Shown: positions 49,056 to 59,759 of the stretch, one piece after another | Position numbering within the stretch: the stretch's first letter is position 1 | Layout: each line of letters opens with the position of its first letter | Assembly (NCBI GenBank): GCA_965203095.1 | Contig: OZ241877.1 | Span: 512,001-576,000 of the forward strand | Length of the DNA: 64,000 bases | From: Bdellovibrionales bacterium | GTDB taxonomy: Bacteria; Bdellovibrionota; Bdellovibrionia; Bdellovibrionales; UBA1609 | Reading direction: 5' to 3' | Made by a program: the position numbers and the translations under genes | The notes under the pieces: model-generated | What the model was told of the DNA's origin: nothing | The model's database searches: none | What the model saw: the letters and a program-made list of their open reading frames with translations, nothing else

Positions 49056-49493
49056 ATGACTGAAAAACAAAAAATAGCTGGTGCGATATTTGGAATTGCC
49101 ATAATTGCCTCTGTGGGCTTTGGCTGGAAACACTTTTTAAGTGCTAATGCATGCGATCACTATGGCAATGAGATTAAACGGCTTTTAGACGATCAGGACA
49201 ATCTTTTATTTACTTATGGTTTTTTTGCGGAACACACTTTAACAGAGGATAGACAAAAAGACTTCAAAAGATTGATTGAAGTAAAAGAGCCACTTGTCCG
49301 GGTCACAGTGGAGCACTTTTCAAAAACCTGCCGGTCCTCTCTTAGGAAAAGTGAGCTTATCGCTTTCCTTAAAACTTATGAGATTTATCTTGTGACTAAA
49401 CAAGCTTTCTTTAAACAAAGCCAGCGGTCGGGCTTTGATTGGATAAGAGATACCTTTCCCTTTGATCCTAAAATCTACAAAAACATAGATTAA
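49056..49493 (+). CDS. Hypothetical membrane-anchored protein
   Basis: N-terminal hydrophobic helix, 145 aa. Confidence 0.7.
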   Translation: MTEKQKIAGAIFGIAIIASVGFGWKHFLSANACDHYGNEIKRLLDDQDNLLFTYGFFAEHTLTEDRQKDFKRLIEVKEPLVRVTVEHFSKTCRSSLRKSELIAFLKTYEIYLVTKQAFFKQSQRSGFDWIRDTFPFDPKIYKNID

Positions 49494-49540
49494 CTTCATG
49501 AAACTTTTAGTGATTATGAACTCAATTAAATTTTAATTTT

Positions 49541-50494
49541 CTATTTTTGTAGTTGAGTAGGAGGTTTCACAAGAACACCTTGAACCTTTGCCCATGTCTT
49601 ATTCGCAGATCGTATCATTTTAACTCCTGTTGTATTCTCAAAAAACAATGTTATCAGATGATATGCTGTTAATACAGATTCTTGTAATTCACTATCATCT
49701 TCCAGAGCTTTCACCTTAAAATCATATTCACTCAATTTATTTTTTATTTGTGTAAAACCAATTGGACGACCATGGTTCAAATGTTTCACATTTATAAAAA
49801 AATCAGCGACTTGTTGAGCTTTTTTCTCATCTTTTAACATATATTTTGTTAACCATTCTTGAACCATTATTTTAGAGTAATTTAATGATTTTTTAGCTTC
49901 TTCAAGCAGACCTAAACCTAAGGATGATAAAATCGGTATCCATATTTGCATATTATTTGGATTTTGCTCAAAATCTTTCTTAGCTGTTTCAAACTGACTT
50001 ACAATAGAATGAGCTGATATTTGACGATTTTCTGAAAGAACAAACTGAGGATCAATAGGCCCCAAAAAAGAATGTTTGCCCATTATAATTTGATCTGATC
50101 CCAGAGCTATCATTGTTCCTGCTGACATAGCATAGGTAGGCACAATGACTTCTATATAGTGAAATTTTTCTCTTAAATATTTTACAATAGATTCCGTAGC
50201 GGTTGGAAGACCTCCTGGTGTGTGCAAAATCAAGGTTAATCCTTTAGAACAATCTAATCCCCGTATAATACTCATAAAACCATTTATGTCCTCTTTATTG
50301 ATAAGAGTAAGTGTAGGAATATTCCTTGGAGCAATTTTTTGCAAAAAAGCTGATGAGTATACAATAACAGCCCTGTTATTACAGAGCTTTGAAATTTGAT
50401 TTATATAATTTTTAAATTTAGACTCAAACCAGCTCTGTTTAGAGTGTTGATTAACAGGTGTAAACTCATTCAATAATTCTTCCCAAGATGGCAT
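49541..50494 (-). CDS. SDH/ClpP-like (S49-related) serine protease
   Basis: LHTPGG, AMSAGTMIAL, LGPIDPQ, HGRPI motifs. Confidence 0.85.
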   Translation of the reverse strand: MPSWEELLNEFTPVNQHSKQSWFESKFKNYINQISKLCNNRAVIVYSSAFLQKIAPRNIPTLTLINKEDINGFMSIIRGLDCSKGLTLILHTPGGLPTATESIVKYLREKFHYIEVIVPTYAMSAGTMIALGSDQIIMGKHSFLGPIDPQFVLSENRQISAHSIVSQFETAKKDFEQNPNNMQIWIPILSSLGLGLLEEAKKSLNYSKIMVQEWLTKYMLKDEKKAQQVADFFINVKHLNHGRPIGFTQIKNKLSEYDFKVKALEDDSELQESVLTAYHLITLFFENTTGVKMIRSANKTWAKVQGVLVKPPTQLQK

Positions 50495-50497
50495 AAA

Positions 50498-50677
50498 TCA
50501 GTAGTCGGTCAAGATTTGTCTTGTTGGAATATTTTTAGAGAGTTGTTGAGTTAATTCTGTTAAATTAGATATTTTTGTTGTTTCAATATATTTTATATAT
50601 TTTTTTTCTTCAGATTTATAAAATTCTTTCCAATCTGAGATTTTTTTTGAAGATTTTTTTTCTTTATTTCTTTCCAT
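50498..50677 (-). CDS. 59-aa hypothetical protein upstream of the SDH protease
   Basis: Hand translation MERNKEKKSSKKISDWKEFYKSEEKKYIKYIETTKISNLTELTQQLSKNIPTRQILTDY*; stop is 3 nt before the protease ATG. Confidence 0.5.
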   Translation of the reverse strand: MERNKEKKSSKKISDWKEFYKSEEKKYIKYIETTKISNLTELTQQLSKNIPTRQILTDY

Positions 50678-50916
50678 AGAATGACTTAACTATAATTTTA
50701 TAGCTTTTTTTAGATAATTAGTCAACTCTTTTTAAGAAAATAGCCTAAAATCCAACAAAATCACGAACTACATCCTTTTTTTGAGGACTTGTGACTCGTA
50801 AGCCTTTCAGAAAAAATCAGATTGAAAACCCCGTCTTTAGCACAGAAAAACAGGCGAGCTTTGTTTTTTCCCTTAAAAAGCTAAAGGATTTGACGCATTG
50901 CTCCGATAAATGGAGT

Positions 50917-53900
50917 ATGAAATCAGACTTCAAAAGTTTTCTTCAAATCATTCGTAAAAAAGCCAAAAATGAAAGGGAAAAAGGAGCTTTTTTTGAAAGA
51001 GCCATAAGGGATTTTCTACGAGAATCCCCTGAATATTCTTTTGAAAATGTATGGCTATGGCCTAACTGGCCAGACTTAAAAAAACACAGTTTTTCAAAAA
51101 AAGACTTAGGCATTGATCTTGTAGCTCGTGAAAAAGAAACCGGAACATTTTGGGCCATCCAATGCAAATGCTTTGATGAAAACCACCAAGTGAATAAAGC
51201 AGATATAGACAGTTTTTTCGCTCATTCAGGGAAAAATCCCTTTAAAGTTCGTCTTATTGTCACAACTACAAATAATTGGGGGGCTAATGCTGAAGAGTCT
51301 TTACGAAACCAGACAAAGGAATGCAAAGTTTTAGATTTGCATGGTTTGCAAACAGCTAATTTTGAATGGAGTTTTCAAAAAGTAAAACGAAAAACAGAAC
51401 AAAAATATTTAAGAGATCATCAAAAAGAGGCCGTCCGCAAATCAGCTGAGCATTTTAAAAAAGAAAAAAGAGGAAAGCTCATAATGGCCTGTGGGACGGG
51501 CAAGACTTTTGCTTCTCTCCGGGTTGTAGAAAGGATCACTCCAAAAAACGCAAATGTTTTATTTCTTGCTCCTTCCATTTCTCTTATATCTCAAACCTTA
51601 AGAGAATACGCTTGGCAGAGGAAATCAGCTCAAAGATACCTTGCCGTTTGTTCCGATACAAAAGCCGGAAAAGATACAGACGGCTATGATGTAAATGATT
51701 TGCAAATATCCCCAACCACTGATCCGAAAAAAATTGCTAAGAGGCTGAAGATCAAATCGAGACAAAGAACTATTGTTTTTTCCACCTACCAATCTCTTAA
51801 ACAAATAAAAAAAGCTCAAAAACTTGGGGCACCGGTTTTTGATCTTGTTGTTTGTGACGAAGCCCACAGGACAACTGGAGTTGAAGCCGGGGAAGAAAAA
51901 AACGGGAAGAACACAGGCAATTATTTTACCAGAATAAATGATGAAGATTATTTGAAAGCCAAAAAGCGACTTTATATGACCGCCACACCTAAAATTTATA
52001 GTGAAAGAATCAAAAGCAAGGCCAAAAAACATGATGTAGAGATTCACTCTATGGATGATGAAGCTGTTTTTGGAAAGGAGATTTACAGATTGGATTTTTC
52101 CTCCGCTATTGAGAAAAAACTGTTGGCCGATTACAAAGTGATCATTTTATCCATTGACGAACAATATATGAGCGACAATATTCAGGAAATACTAAAAGGC
52201 ACTGAGCTTAACTTAGATGATGCCTCCCGTTTGGTGGGTTGCTACAAAGCCTTGCGGGATCAAGGGGATAAAAAACAGGGGTTAAAGTTAGGCCGGGCTG
52301 TAGGCTTTTTGAACACAATCAAAGCGAGTAAAGATGTCAAACAGGAATTTCAAAAAGTTGTGAAAGCCTTAGATGAATATAAAAATGATGGTTTTACTTG
52401 TGAGACAGAGCATATTGACGGAACAGACAGCTCTATTGTTAGAAACAAAAAATTAGACTGGCTAAAAGAAGATGCTGGCAAAACAGAAAGAAAAGAGAAG
52501 ATATGCCGGATTTTATTCAATTCCAAATGTCTTACAGAGGGGGTGGATGTTCCCAGTCTTGATGCTGTGATGTTTTTGCATGCAAGAAAATCCCAAGTGG
52601 ATGTCGTGCAGGCAGTGGGCCGTATAATGAGAAAGTTGGAAGGCAAACAATATGGCTATGTGATTTTGCCAGTAGTGATTCCTACAGGGAAATCCCCGGA
52701 ACAAGCTTTAAATGATAATGAAACTTATAAAGTAGTTTGGCAGGTTTTAAATGCTTTAAGGTCTCACGATTCAAAATTTAATGCCTTGATAAATAACTTG
52801 GAGTTGAATGAAAACAAGCCAGATAAAATTAAAGTTATAGGCATTGGTTATGGAAGTGAGAAGGAAAGAAAAGAAGTTGAGGAGAAGACAAATCCTCAAA
52901 TCCAACTCAACCTCCAATACAGTATTGAGGAGATAGAGGATAAAATTTACGCCAAAATTGTTGAAAAATGCGGAGACAGAGTCTATGAAGAAAAATGGAC
53001 TAAGGAGATTGAAAAGGCTTGTAAGACCATCTCCGTCCGGATAAAAAGCCTTTTAAAGACAAAGCCTCAAATCAATAAGGAATTTCAAACTTACTATAAA
53101 GGGCTTAAGTCCTGTATCAATGAGGACATTAAGGAGGAGCAGGCTGTCTCTATGATTTCAGAGCATCTGATTACTCGTCCCGCTTTTGATAAGATTTTTG
53201 AGAATTACAAGTTTTCTGAAAACAATCCTGTTTCTAAAACCATGAAAAAAGTTTTGTCTCGTTTGGATGAATATGGCTTTAGCAATGAGTTAAAAGACCT
53301 TGAAAAGTTTTATCAAGGGATAAGTGGCCGGATAGAGGGAATTGACAACTCCGCCTCCCGACAAAAATTCATTAAAGAGCTTTATGAAAATTTTATAAAA
53401 ACTGCTTTTCCTAAAACAGCTGAAAAATTAGGCGTGGCTTATACCCCGGTGGAGATCGTGGATTTTATATTAAGGTCTGCTGATGAAATTTTAAAAGATG
53501 AGTTCGGTAAAAAATTAACTAATAAGGGAGTGCATGTCATAGATCCTTTTGTGGGGACGGGGACTTTCCTCAATAGGTTAATTCAAATGAACCCGGTTAT
53601 AGAAAAAAAAGATCTCCCCCGAAAGTTCAAACATGAACTTCATGCCAATGATATTTTGCTCCTGCCTTATTATGTGGCCTCTATTAACATTGAGGAGGCT
53701 TATCATTCTCGAATAGGAGGGAATCAATACAGGCCCTTTCCAAGGATAACATTGTCAGACATTTTTAACCGTAAGGAACGAGATAAACAACTTTCTCTTT
53801 CTCCTTATTTTCAGGAAAACAAAAAGAGAATAAAACAACAGCAAGAAGTGGATCTTCAGGTCATTATAGGGAATCCTCCATATTCCTCCGGCCAAAGGAA

Positions 53901-55710
53901 CGAAAATGACGCCAATAAAAACACAGTTTACCCAAAACTCCATAAAAGGATTGAGGATACCTATGTTAAAGAGTCATCAGCTCAGCTAAATACAGCCCTT
54001 TATGATTCCTATATCAAAGCCATTCGCTGGGCCACAGATGAGATTCAGGATAAAGGAGGTATTATTGGTTTTGTTCATAATGCCTCTCTTGTAAGCCAAA
54101 GGAGCACTGCTGGACTCAGGAGATCCCTTATAAAAGAGTTTGACTCCATTTACTGCTTTAACTTAAGAGGCAACCAAAGAACAAAAGGGGAGCTTTCAAA
54201 AAAAGAAGGAGGCAAAGTTTTTGGAGGTAGTTCCCGAACTCCTATAGCCATCACTTTCCTTATAAAAAATCCAAAGAAACGGAGAGAAAAAGCCACAATC
54301 AAATATCTTGATATTGGCGACTACCTCAGCCGTGAGGACAAGTTAGAAAAAGTTAAGAGCTTTGGTTGTATTAAAGGCATAGGGAAGGAATGGAAAACCA
54401 TAACACCGGACAAATATGGGGACTGGATCAACCAGCGGGATGAATCCTTTTATCAATTTATGCCTATTGGGGATAAAAAGTCCGGCAATCAAAATGCTAT
54501 TTTTAGTTTGTATAGCTGTGGAGTGGCCACCAGTAGAGATACTTGGGTTTATAACTTCAGTAAAGATCAAGTCCAAAAGAATATGAAAAAAATGATTCAA
54601 TTTTATAATCAGGAATTAGCACGCTTAAAGGATAAAACACTGGACAAAAAAACTATTGATAAATTTATCAATCGGGATGATAAAAAAATAAAATGGTCTT
54701 ATAGGATTAAAGAAAAATTTTGTAGAGAAAAACGAGCTATATTTGATCAAAAATTACTTAGATGTTCCAGCTATAGACCATTTATGAAATCATTAGTTTA
54801 TTTTGATCGAGATTTCAATGAGAGACAATCTCAATTACCAAAAATTTTCCCAAAAGAGACAACAAAAAATAAAATGATCTGTATAAGTGGGGTTGGAGCG
54901 AATAAATTTTCAGTTTTAATAACAGATGTTGTGCCCTGTGGAGATTATTTGAATAAAACCCAATGCTTCCCTCTCTATCGTTTTGATAATGATTTTGACA
55001 CTTCTCAAAAAAGCCTTCTGAACCAGAGCAAGCCCTCCTACAGCATTACCGACTCTGCCCTTAATCGTTTTAAAAATCATTACAAAAGAGATAAAGTTTT
55101 GGGAAAATCCTCAAACACCATTACCAAAGAGAATATTTTTTATTATATTTATGGCCTCCTCCATTCAGAGGACTACCGGCAGAAATACCAGTCCAACCTA
55201 AGTAAAGATCTCCCTCGTATTCCATTAGTTCCGGAGTTTCAAGAGTTTTCCCACATTGGCCGAAAGCTTGCCGATCTGCACTTAAACTATGAACACCAAT
55301 CACCTCCTAAAGGTGTCAAAATCTTAAATTCTGGCCAAGAGATAAATATGTTTCAATTAAAAAACTCCTCAGAGGACTTGAAAGTTAAAAAAATGAAGAT
55401 GAACAAAAAAGACAAATCTAAAATCCAATTTAACGATCGCATCACTATTTCAAACATCCCGCCAGAGGCTTGGGAATACAAAATCAACGGCTATTCTGCT
55501 CCCAAATGGATTGTAGAAAGATACCAATACAAGAAGGACAAAAAAACAGACTTAGTAAATGACCCCAATAGCTATTCAGATGACCCGGCTTATATCTTGA
55601 AACTGCTCCTCAGTATAATAACAGTTTCCTTAAAAACCCGGGAGCTTGTTCAAAGCCTCCCTTCCATTGATTTTGACAGCCTCATCTCCTCCATAAATAA
55701 AGCTGGATAA
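50917..55710 (+). CDS. Type ISP restriction-modification enzyme (LlaBIII/LlaGI-like)
   Basis: Mrr-like GIDLV..IQCK; MACGTGKT, DEAH, QAVGRIMR helicase; DPFVGTGTF and NPPY MTase; probable ATG at 50917. Confidence 0.92.
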   Translation: MKSDFKSFLQIIRKKAKNEREKGAFFERAIRDFLRESPEYSFENVWLWPNWPDLKKHSFSKKDLGIDLVAREKETGTFWAIQCKCFDENHQVNKADIDSFFAHSGKNPFKVRLIVTTTNNWGANAEESLRNQTKECKVLDLHGLQTANFEWSFQKVKRKTEQKYLRDHQKEAVRKSAEHFKKEKRGKLIMACGTGKTFASLRVVERITPKNANVLFLAPSISLISQTLREYAWQRKSAQRYLAVCSDTKAGKDTDGYDVNDLQISPTTDPKKIAKRLKIKSRQRTIVFSTYQSLKQIKKAQKLGAPVFDLVVCDEAHRTTGVEAGEEKNGKNTGNYFTRINDEDYLKAKKRLYMTATPKIYSERIKSKAKKHDVEIHSMDDEAVFGKEIYRLDFSSAIEKKLLADYKVIILSIDEQYMSDNIQEILKGTELNLDDASRLVGCYKALRDQGDKKQGLKLGRAVGFLNTIKASKDVKQEFQKVVKALDEYKNDGFTCETEHIDGTDSSIVRNKKLDWLKEDAGKTERKEKICRILFNSKCLTEGVDVPSLDAVMFLHARKSQVDVVQAVGRIMRKLEGKQYGYVILPVVIPTGKSPEQALNDNETYKVVWQVLNALRSHDSKFNALINNLELNENKPDKIKVIGIGYGSEKERKEVEEKTNPQIQLNLQYSIEEIEDKIYAKIVEKCGDRVYEEKWTKEIEKACKTISVRIKSLLKTKPQINKEFQTYYKGLKSCINEDIKEEQAVSMISEHLITRPAFDKIFENYKFSENNPVSKTMKKVLSRLDEYGFSNELKDLEKFYQGISGRIEGIDNSASRQKFIKELYENFIKTAFPKTAEKLGVAYTPVEIVDFILRSADEILKDEFGKKLTNKGVHVIDPFVGTGTFLNRLIQMNPVIEKKDLPRKFKHELHANDILLLPYYVASINIEEAYHSRIGGNQYRPFPRITLSDIFNRKERDKQLSLSPYFQENKKRIKQQQEVDLQVIIGNPPYSSGQRNENDANKNTVYPKLHKRIEDTYVKESSAQLNTALYDSYIKAIRWATDEIQDKGGIIGFVHNASLVSQRSTAGLRRSLIKEFDSIYCFNLRGNQRTKGELSKKEGGKVFGGSSRTPIAITFLIKNPKKRREKATIKYLDIGDYLSREDKLEKVKSFGCIKGIGKEWKTITPDKYGDWINQRDESFYQFMPIGDKKSGNQNAIFSLYSCGVATSRDTWVYNFSKDQVQKNMKKMIQFYNQELARLKDKTLDKKTIDKFINRDDKKIKWSYRIKEKFCREKRAIFDQKLLRCSSYRPFMKSLVYFDRDFNERQSQLPKIFPKETTKNKMICISGVGANKFSVLITDVVPCGDYLNKTQCFPLYRFDNDFDTSQKSLLNQSKPSYSITDSALNRFKNHYKRDKVLGKSSNTITKENIFYYIYGLLHSEDYRQKYQSNLSKDLPRIPLVPEFQEFSHIGRKLADLHLNYEHQSPPKGVKILNSGQEINMFQLKNSSEDLKVKKMKMNKKDKSKIQFNDRITISNIPPEAWEYKINGYSAPKWIVERYQYKKDKKTDLVNDPNSYSDDPAYILKLLLSIITVSLKTRELVQSLPSIDFDSLISSINKAG

Positions 55711-55774
55711 ACCAAAATTTTTGGAAAATAATAGTTTTTGCCAAAAGAATGATATGATTTTCAATTCCCATTTT

Positions 55775-58345
55775 TTAATCATTATGTGATATGGAGTTCT
55801 GCCTATTTTTAAATTCTTCTATCCAGTCTTTAAGTTTTTTAAAATCTTTTTCCAGTTCTTCAGGAGATGGCATTTTATGAGATGTTTCAGCAGAGGGAAA
55901 GTGCATGAATTTTGAATATTTGGTCATTAAATCATCCAGCAGATCGCAATCCTTTTGATTGATTTTAGAAAGTTTGGAGATTTTTTTTGTGTGAATATCT
56001 TTTCTATGTCTTTTTATTATGTCTAAAAGCAAAACATTTTCGATTGTTTTTTCAATAACAATTCTAAAATCACTGCATAAAGTTTTTGCTTTTTCATTAT
56101 AAGAGCTATAACCTTCCTCTTTAAAAATTTTCTTGACTGAGAATAGTTTTTCAATTAAAGAATTTAAAGCATTTTTTGGTTTTTGAGCAAAGAGGGGAGT
56201 ATTCCTTGGCTCACCAGATCCCCAAGGTTCTGTTTCAATATATAAGGGATCTAATTTTATGTTTTCTTTGTCACAAGAATCCTCAATCAGTCCAAGAAAA
56301 GAGAGCCTGTGTGTAAAAATGATCACTTGCCTTTCTTTAGAAAGCTCTACGAGGCGATTAGCGACTGCCTCTTCAAAATCTTGATCCAATGAAGATATTG
56401 GATCATCAAAAACAAATGGATATGAGCTACTTTTTCCTTTTAGATCAGCAAGAAAAGCTGATAGAGCGACAATACGATTTTCTCCTTCACTAAGAACAGA
56501 TTCTGTTTTTACAGAATTTGAATTTAATCCTTCTAAACGGATTTGATGCAAGGATTTCCCCTTTGTGACTCTTGATTTGACAAGCTTAACTTTTATTTTA
56601 TCGGCTTTCAGTTTCTTTAATTCAGCATTGAATCTGTTAATAAAATCTTGAGTAATCAATTTTTCTGAAAGTTTGCTTTTTTGTTTTGAAAGTGCTGTTG
56701 TATCTGTCAATTTTTTAGCTGATTCAAGTAATTTAATACTTTTCAATCTATTTATCTCTTTTTTTATGGATTTTCTATTTTGAGAAAGCCATTGTTTTGC
56801 CTGTAAATCTTGTTTTTTAGAGATCAATTCTTTTCTATCAATGTTGTGGGCAATTTCATCATATTTTTCTGCCTCTTTTTCATTCTTCTCAAGTGTTGCT
56901 TCTACTCCAACTTTCCAGTTTTCAATAGAAGGAAGAGGAGATAATGAGTTATGACTATTGAGAATGATAAGTTTTTCTTTTCTTTTATTTAATTCAGTAT
57001 AAAAATTATCTAATTCTTCTCTGCCTGATTGTAAACCAGCCGCATCCATTTTAGTTGTAAGAATACTTTTATTTGGTATTTGTGGAAGGTTTTTTATAGA
57101 TTCATCTAATAATTCTTTTATATTTGTTAACTCCTGTTGAGATTTTTCCTTTACAAATTCTTCAAAAGATAGAAGTCTGCTTTGAGCTTTATCATCTAAT
57201 TTTTGTTGGCATAGGACACAATGAACATTGTTAGCCGGGAAAGGTTGTCCTTTATAAGCTTCTTGCTCTGAATATTCTCTTGCATGTTTCCATAACCGTT
57301 TCCATACTTCGCTACCGACTCCTGAAAGAATCGATTTTTCAGATATTTGTTTTGTTGCAACTTCAGAAGTCTTTTTTGCTTCAGCATATTTTTCTTTAAA
57401 GCTGTTTATTGTGTCACATTTTTCGTCTGAAAAACTATCTCTAAGATCGTTTGATTCACTTATCAACTTTTTTATGTAGTTATTTTGTTTTCTGATGGTT
57501 TCGGCTTTTTTTGCAGGATCCGGCTGGGCAAATCTTTCTTGAAGTTTGGTTAATTCTTCTTGATTTTTATTTGTCCAAAGACAATAACTATTCAGTTCCT
57601 GTTCTGTTAAATTTTCTGATAATTCTTTATACCATTTTGCACTTTTTGTGGTATTGTATTCAGATGGGCATGCAGGAAGCTTGGAAGGGTGCTTTTCTAT
57701 TTCAGTTTGTATTTTTGATGAAATGTTATCACAAACGCCAACAAGTTTAGAAAAAAATAATAATATTTCTGGCTCATAAGCTGTTTCGTTTTCACTTGTG
57801 ACATAAGCTTTTCCGCATTCAGAATCAAAAATATTCACACAATTTAAATCATCTATAATTCCAAAGGCTGGATTCCATTCTATTGTTTGTGGACTATTGT
57901 CTTTTAGATATTCAATACTGCAACTCTGTTTGGGCTGATTGTTCTTGAATACATTTGTTAAAAGAGGGGATGGGGGTTTTGTTCCACAAACTTTTTTTAA
58001 AATTCTTACATAGCCTGATTTTCCAGATCTGTTTGAGCCATATATAACTGTTAGATTTCCTTCTCCAAATTTCAATGGGTTTTTAGGGGATAAGTTATTG
58101 ATCCCTTTAATATGTCCAATAGATTTTATTTTTATTTTATTGCCAGACTTTTTGTCATTCAATAGCTGATCCATAGATATAGTGCCACTTAATGTATCTG
58201 GTTGCCCTTTAGCTGTATTTAAACAGTTCTTATAGAGGCATTCATAATCTTCATCATGGAGCGAACCCTTTTCTATGAGACGCACAGTCGCTTCTTGAAG
58301 CCAAATATGTTTTTTTCTAAACCATTCTTCTAATTCTTGTCTCAT
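55775..58345 (-). CDS. Rad50/RloC-like ABC ATPase with zinc hook
   Basis: Walker A GSNRSGKS, central CVLC hook in coiled coil, LSEGE signature, FDDPISSLD Walker B, IFTH. Confidence 0.8.
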   Translation of the reverse strand: MRQELEEWFRKKHIWLQEATVRLIEKGSLHDEDYECLYKNCLNTAKGQPDTLSGTISMDQLLNDKKSGNKIKIKSIGHIKGINNLSPKNPLKFGEGNLTVIYGSNRSGKSGYVRILKKVCGTKPPSPLLTNVFKNNQPKQSCSIEYLKDNSPQTIEWNPAFGIIDDLNCVNIFDSECGKAYVTSENETAYEPEILLFFSKLVGVCDNISSKIQTEIEKHPSKLPACPSEYNTTKSAKWYKELSENLTEQELNSYCLWTNKNQEELTKLQERFAQPDPAKKAETIRKQNNYIKKLISESNDLRDSFSDEKCDTINSFKEKYAEAKKTSEVATKQISEKSILSGVGSEVWKRLWKHAREYSEQEAYKGQPFPANNVHCVLCQQKLDDKAQSRLLSFEEFVKEKSQQELTNIKELLDESIKNLPQIPNKSILTTKMDAAGLQSGREELDNFYTELNKRKEKLIILNSHNSLSPLPSIENWKVGVEATLEKNEKEAEKYDEIAHNIDRKELISKKQDLQAKQWLSQNRKSIKKEINRLKSIKLLESAKKLTDTTALSKQKSKLSEKLITQDFINRFNAELKKLKADKIKVKLVKSRVTKGKSLHQIRLEGLNSNSVKTESVLSEGENRIVALSAFLADLKGKSSSYPFVFDDPISSLDQDFEEAVANRLVELSKERQVIIFTHRLSFLGLIEDSCDKENIKLDPLYIETEPWGSGEPRNTPLFAQKPKNALNSLIEKLFSVKKIFKEEGYSSYNEKAKTLCSDFRIVIEKTIENVLLLDIIKRHRKDIHTKKISKLSKINQKDCDLLDDLMTKYSKFMHFPSAETSHKMPSPEELEKDFKKLKDWIEEFKNRQNSISHND

Positions 58346-58664
58346 AATTTATTTTATCTTATAGTTGGTTCAATTTCTTGTTTTTTCCACCAGGTGTTTT
58401 ATCTCTAAATTTTATTCCTTGGATTTTTTATGAAATCCAGAAATCTAAATATGAGGTCATTTGCCGAAAAAGCAAGGTCTAATACCGATTTTTTTGAAAA
58501 TAAAATCTCACTGCGGAGAACAGAAACTTAAAGAAAGTTTATGTTAAAAAAGCTCCTCAAGCTTTTTTATATTAAAAATCTTGAGAAAAAGGCTCTTAAA
58601 TACCTATAAACTTTGTTTATTTATCCGAGAACATACTGATATTTTTAACAAGGTTCATGGCATT

Positions 58665-59642
58665 TTAAGAACCGTTTTTTAGTTTTTTTATTGCTTTTTC
58701 AGAAAGCCCTGTCACTTTGGAAATAAAAGAAATATTTGCTTTCTCTTTCAGCATATTTAAAACAAGCTCTCTGTCTCTTGCTTGTCGGCCTTCCCAACGA
58801 CCCTTCTCTTTAATAATTTCCCAAACATCTTGCATAAGCCCTCCTTGTTTTAATATCCCTTCGGATATAAGCAGTTTTTCCGCCCTTTCCCAAACTTTTA
58901 AATCCAATCCCGTATTGTCTCTTAAATACTCCAATATCCTTAACTCTACAGTCTTTCTCTCCTTCCCCTTCAAATCCTTCAATATCTCCTCAAACTCAGC
59001 ATAAACATCTCTTACCTTTAATGGAGTTATTTTCTTCTTTAAACTCCATACATCAGACAATAATTTTATTACACTATAACCCTTAAATTCCCCAGCCTTA
59101 AGGGCTTTTTGAATTTTCGGGTCTCGCGTGTTTATTATCTTCGGTTCGTAGTTTAACATATTTTTTCGGGATTCCATAGGAATTTTTTTAAAAAAAGAAC
59201 CAAAATCCTCTTCTTGGAGAGATTTTTTCCATTTAAGAGGCTGTTCCCCGTGATAAAACAGCGAAGAGATTATAGGCTGAGGATAGCCTTTTTGTTGGAT
59301 GCTATGTTTTCTACCCAATACTTGATAGTCTAAAAGCTGGCTAAACAGGTTTTTATCATAATGGCTTTTGTGTTCTAAGAGAATAAAGATTTGGACTCTG
59401 TTTTTTGGATAATTTTTAAAAGGGAGGGAGAAGATAAGATCTGCTCTTTTGGCCTCAAAGGTGTCTTTTTCTATTCTCAACTGGTTTAAATTGTAGGCTC
59501 TAAGTTCTTTTTTTGAGAAAATAAGTTTCAATAGTCCTTTAGCAAGCTCTATATTAGAGTAAAACAGTTTGAAGAAGTTATCGTGACTGAGTTTTGGTTT
59601 CTTGCTTTGGACTTGAGATTTGTTCTTTTGGTATTTTTCCAT
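58665..59642 (-). CDS. Rpn family recombination-promoting nuclease (Transposase_31)
   Basis: HDNFFK, RADLIFSL, LLEHKS, LFYHG, C-terminal ISKVTGLS. Confidence 0.88.
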   Translation of the reverse strand: MEKYQKNKSQVQSKKPKLSHDNFFKLFYSNIELAKGLLKLIFSKKELRAYNLNQLRIEKDTFEAKRADLIFSLPFKNYPKNRVQIFILLEHKSHYDKNLFSQLLDYQVLGRKHSIQQKGYPQPIISSLFYHGEQPLKWKKSLQEEDFGSFFKKIPMESRKNMLNYEPKIINTRDPKIQKALKAGEFKGYSVIKLLSDVWSLKKKITPLKVRDVYAEFEEILKDLKGKERKTVELRILEYLRDNTGLDLKVWERAEKLLISEGILKQGGLMQDVWEIIKEKGRWEGRQARDRELVLNMLKEKANISFISKVTGLSEKAIKKLKNGS

Positions 59643-59759
59643 AAAAAATCCTTTATAGTTGGTTTTTTAAAAGCCTCACAAGCTTTTAAGCTTAAAACAG
59701 TTTAAATGAAAATACAAGCTGTTTTTTTGACTGCCTTTTTGAGAGCCAATTATCAAAGG

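Noticed and set aside
45915..49493. Integron (integrase plus small cassette-like ORFs)
   Set aside because: No attC-like GTTRRRY/RYYYAAC palindromes between the ORFs and no recognisable IntI-specific insertion
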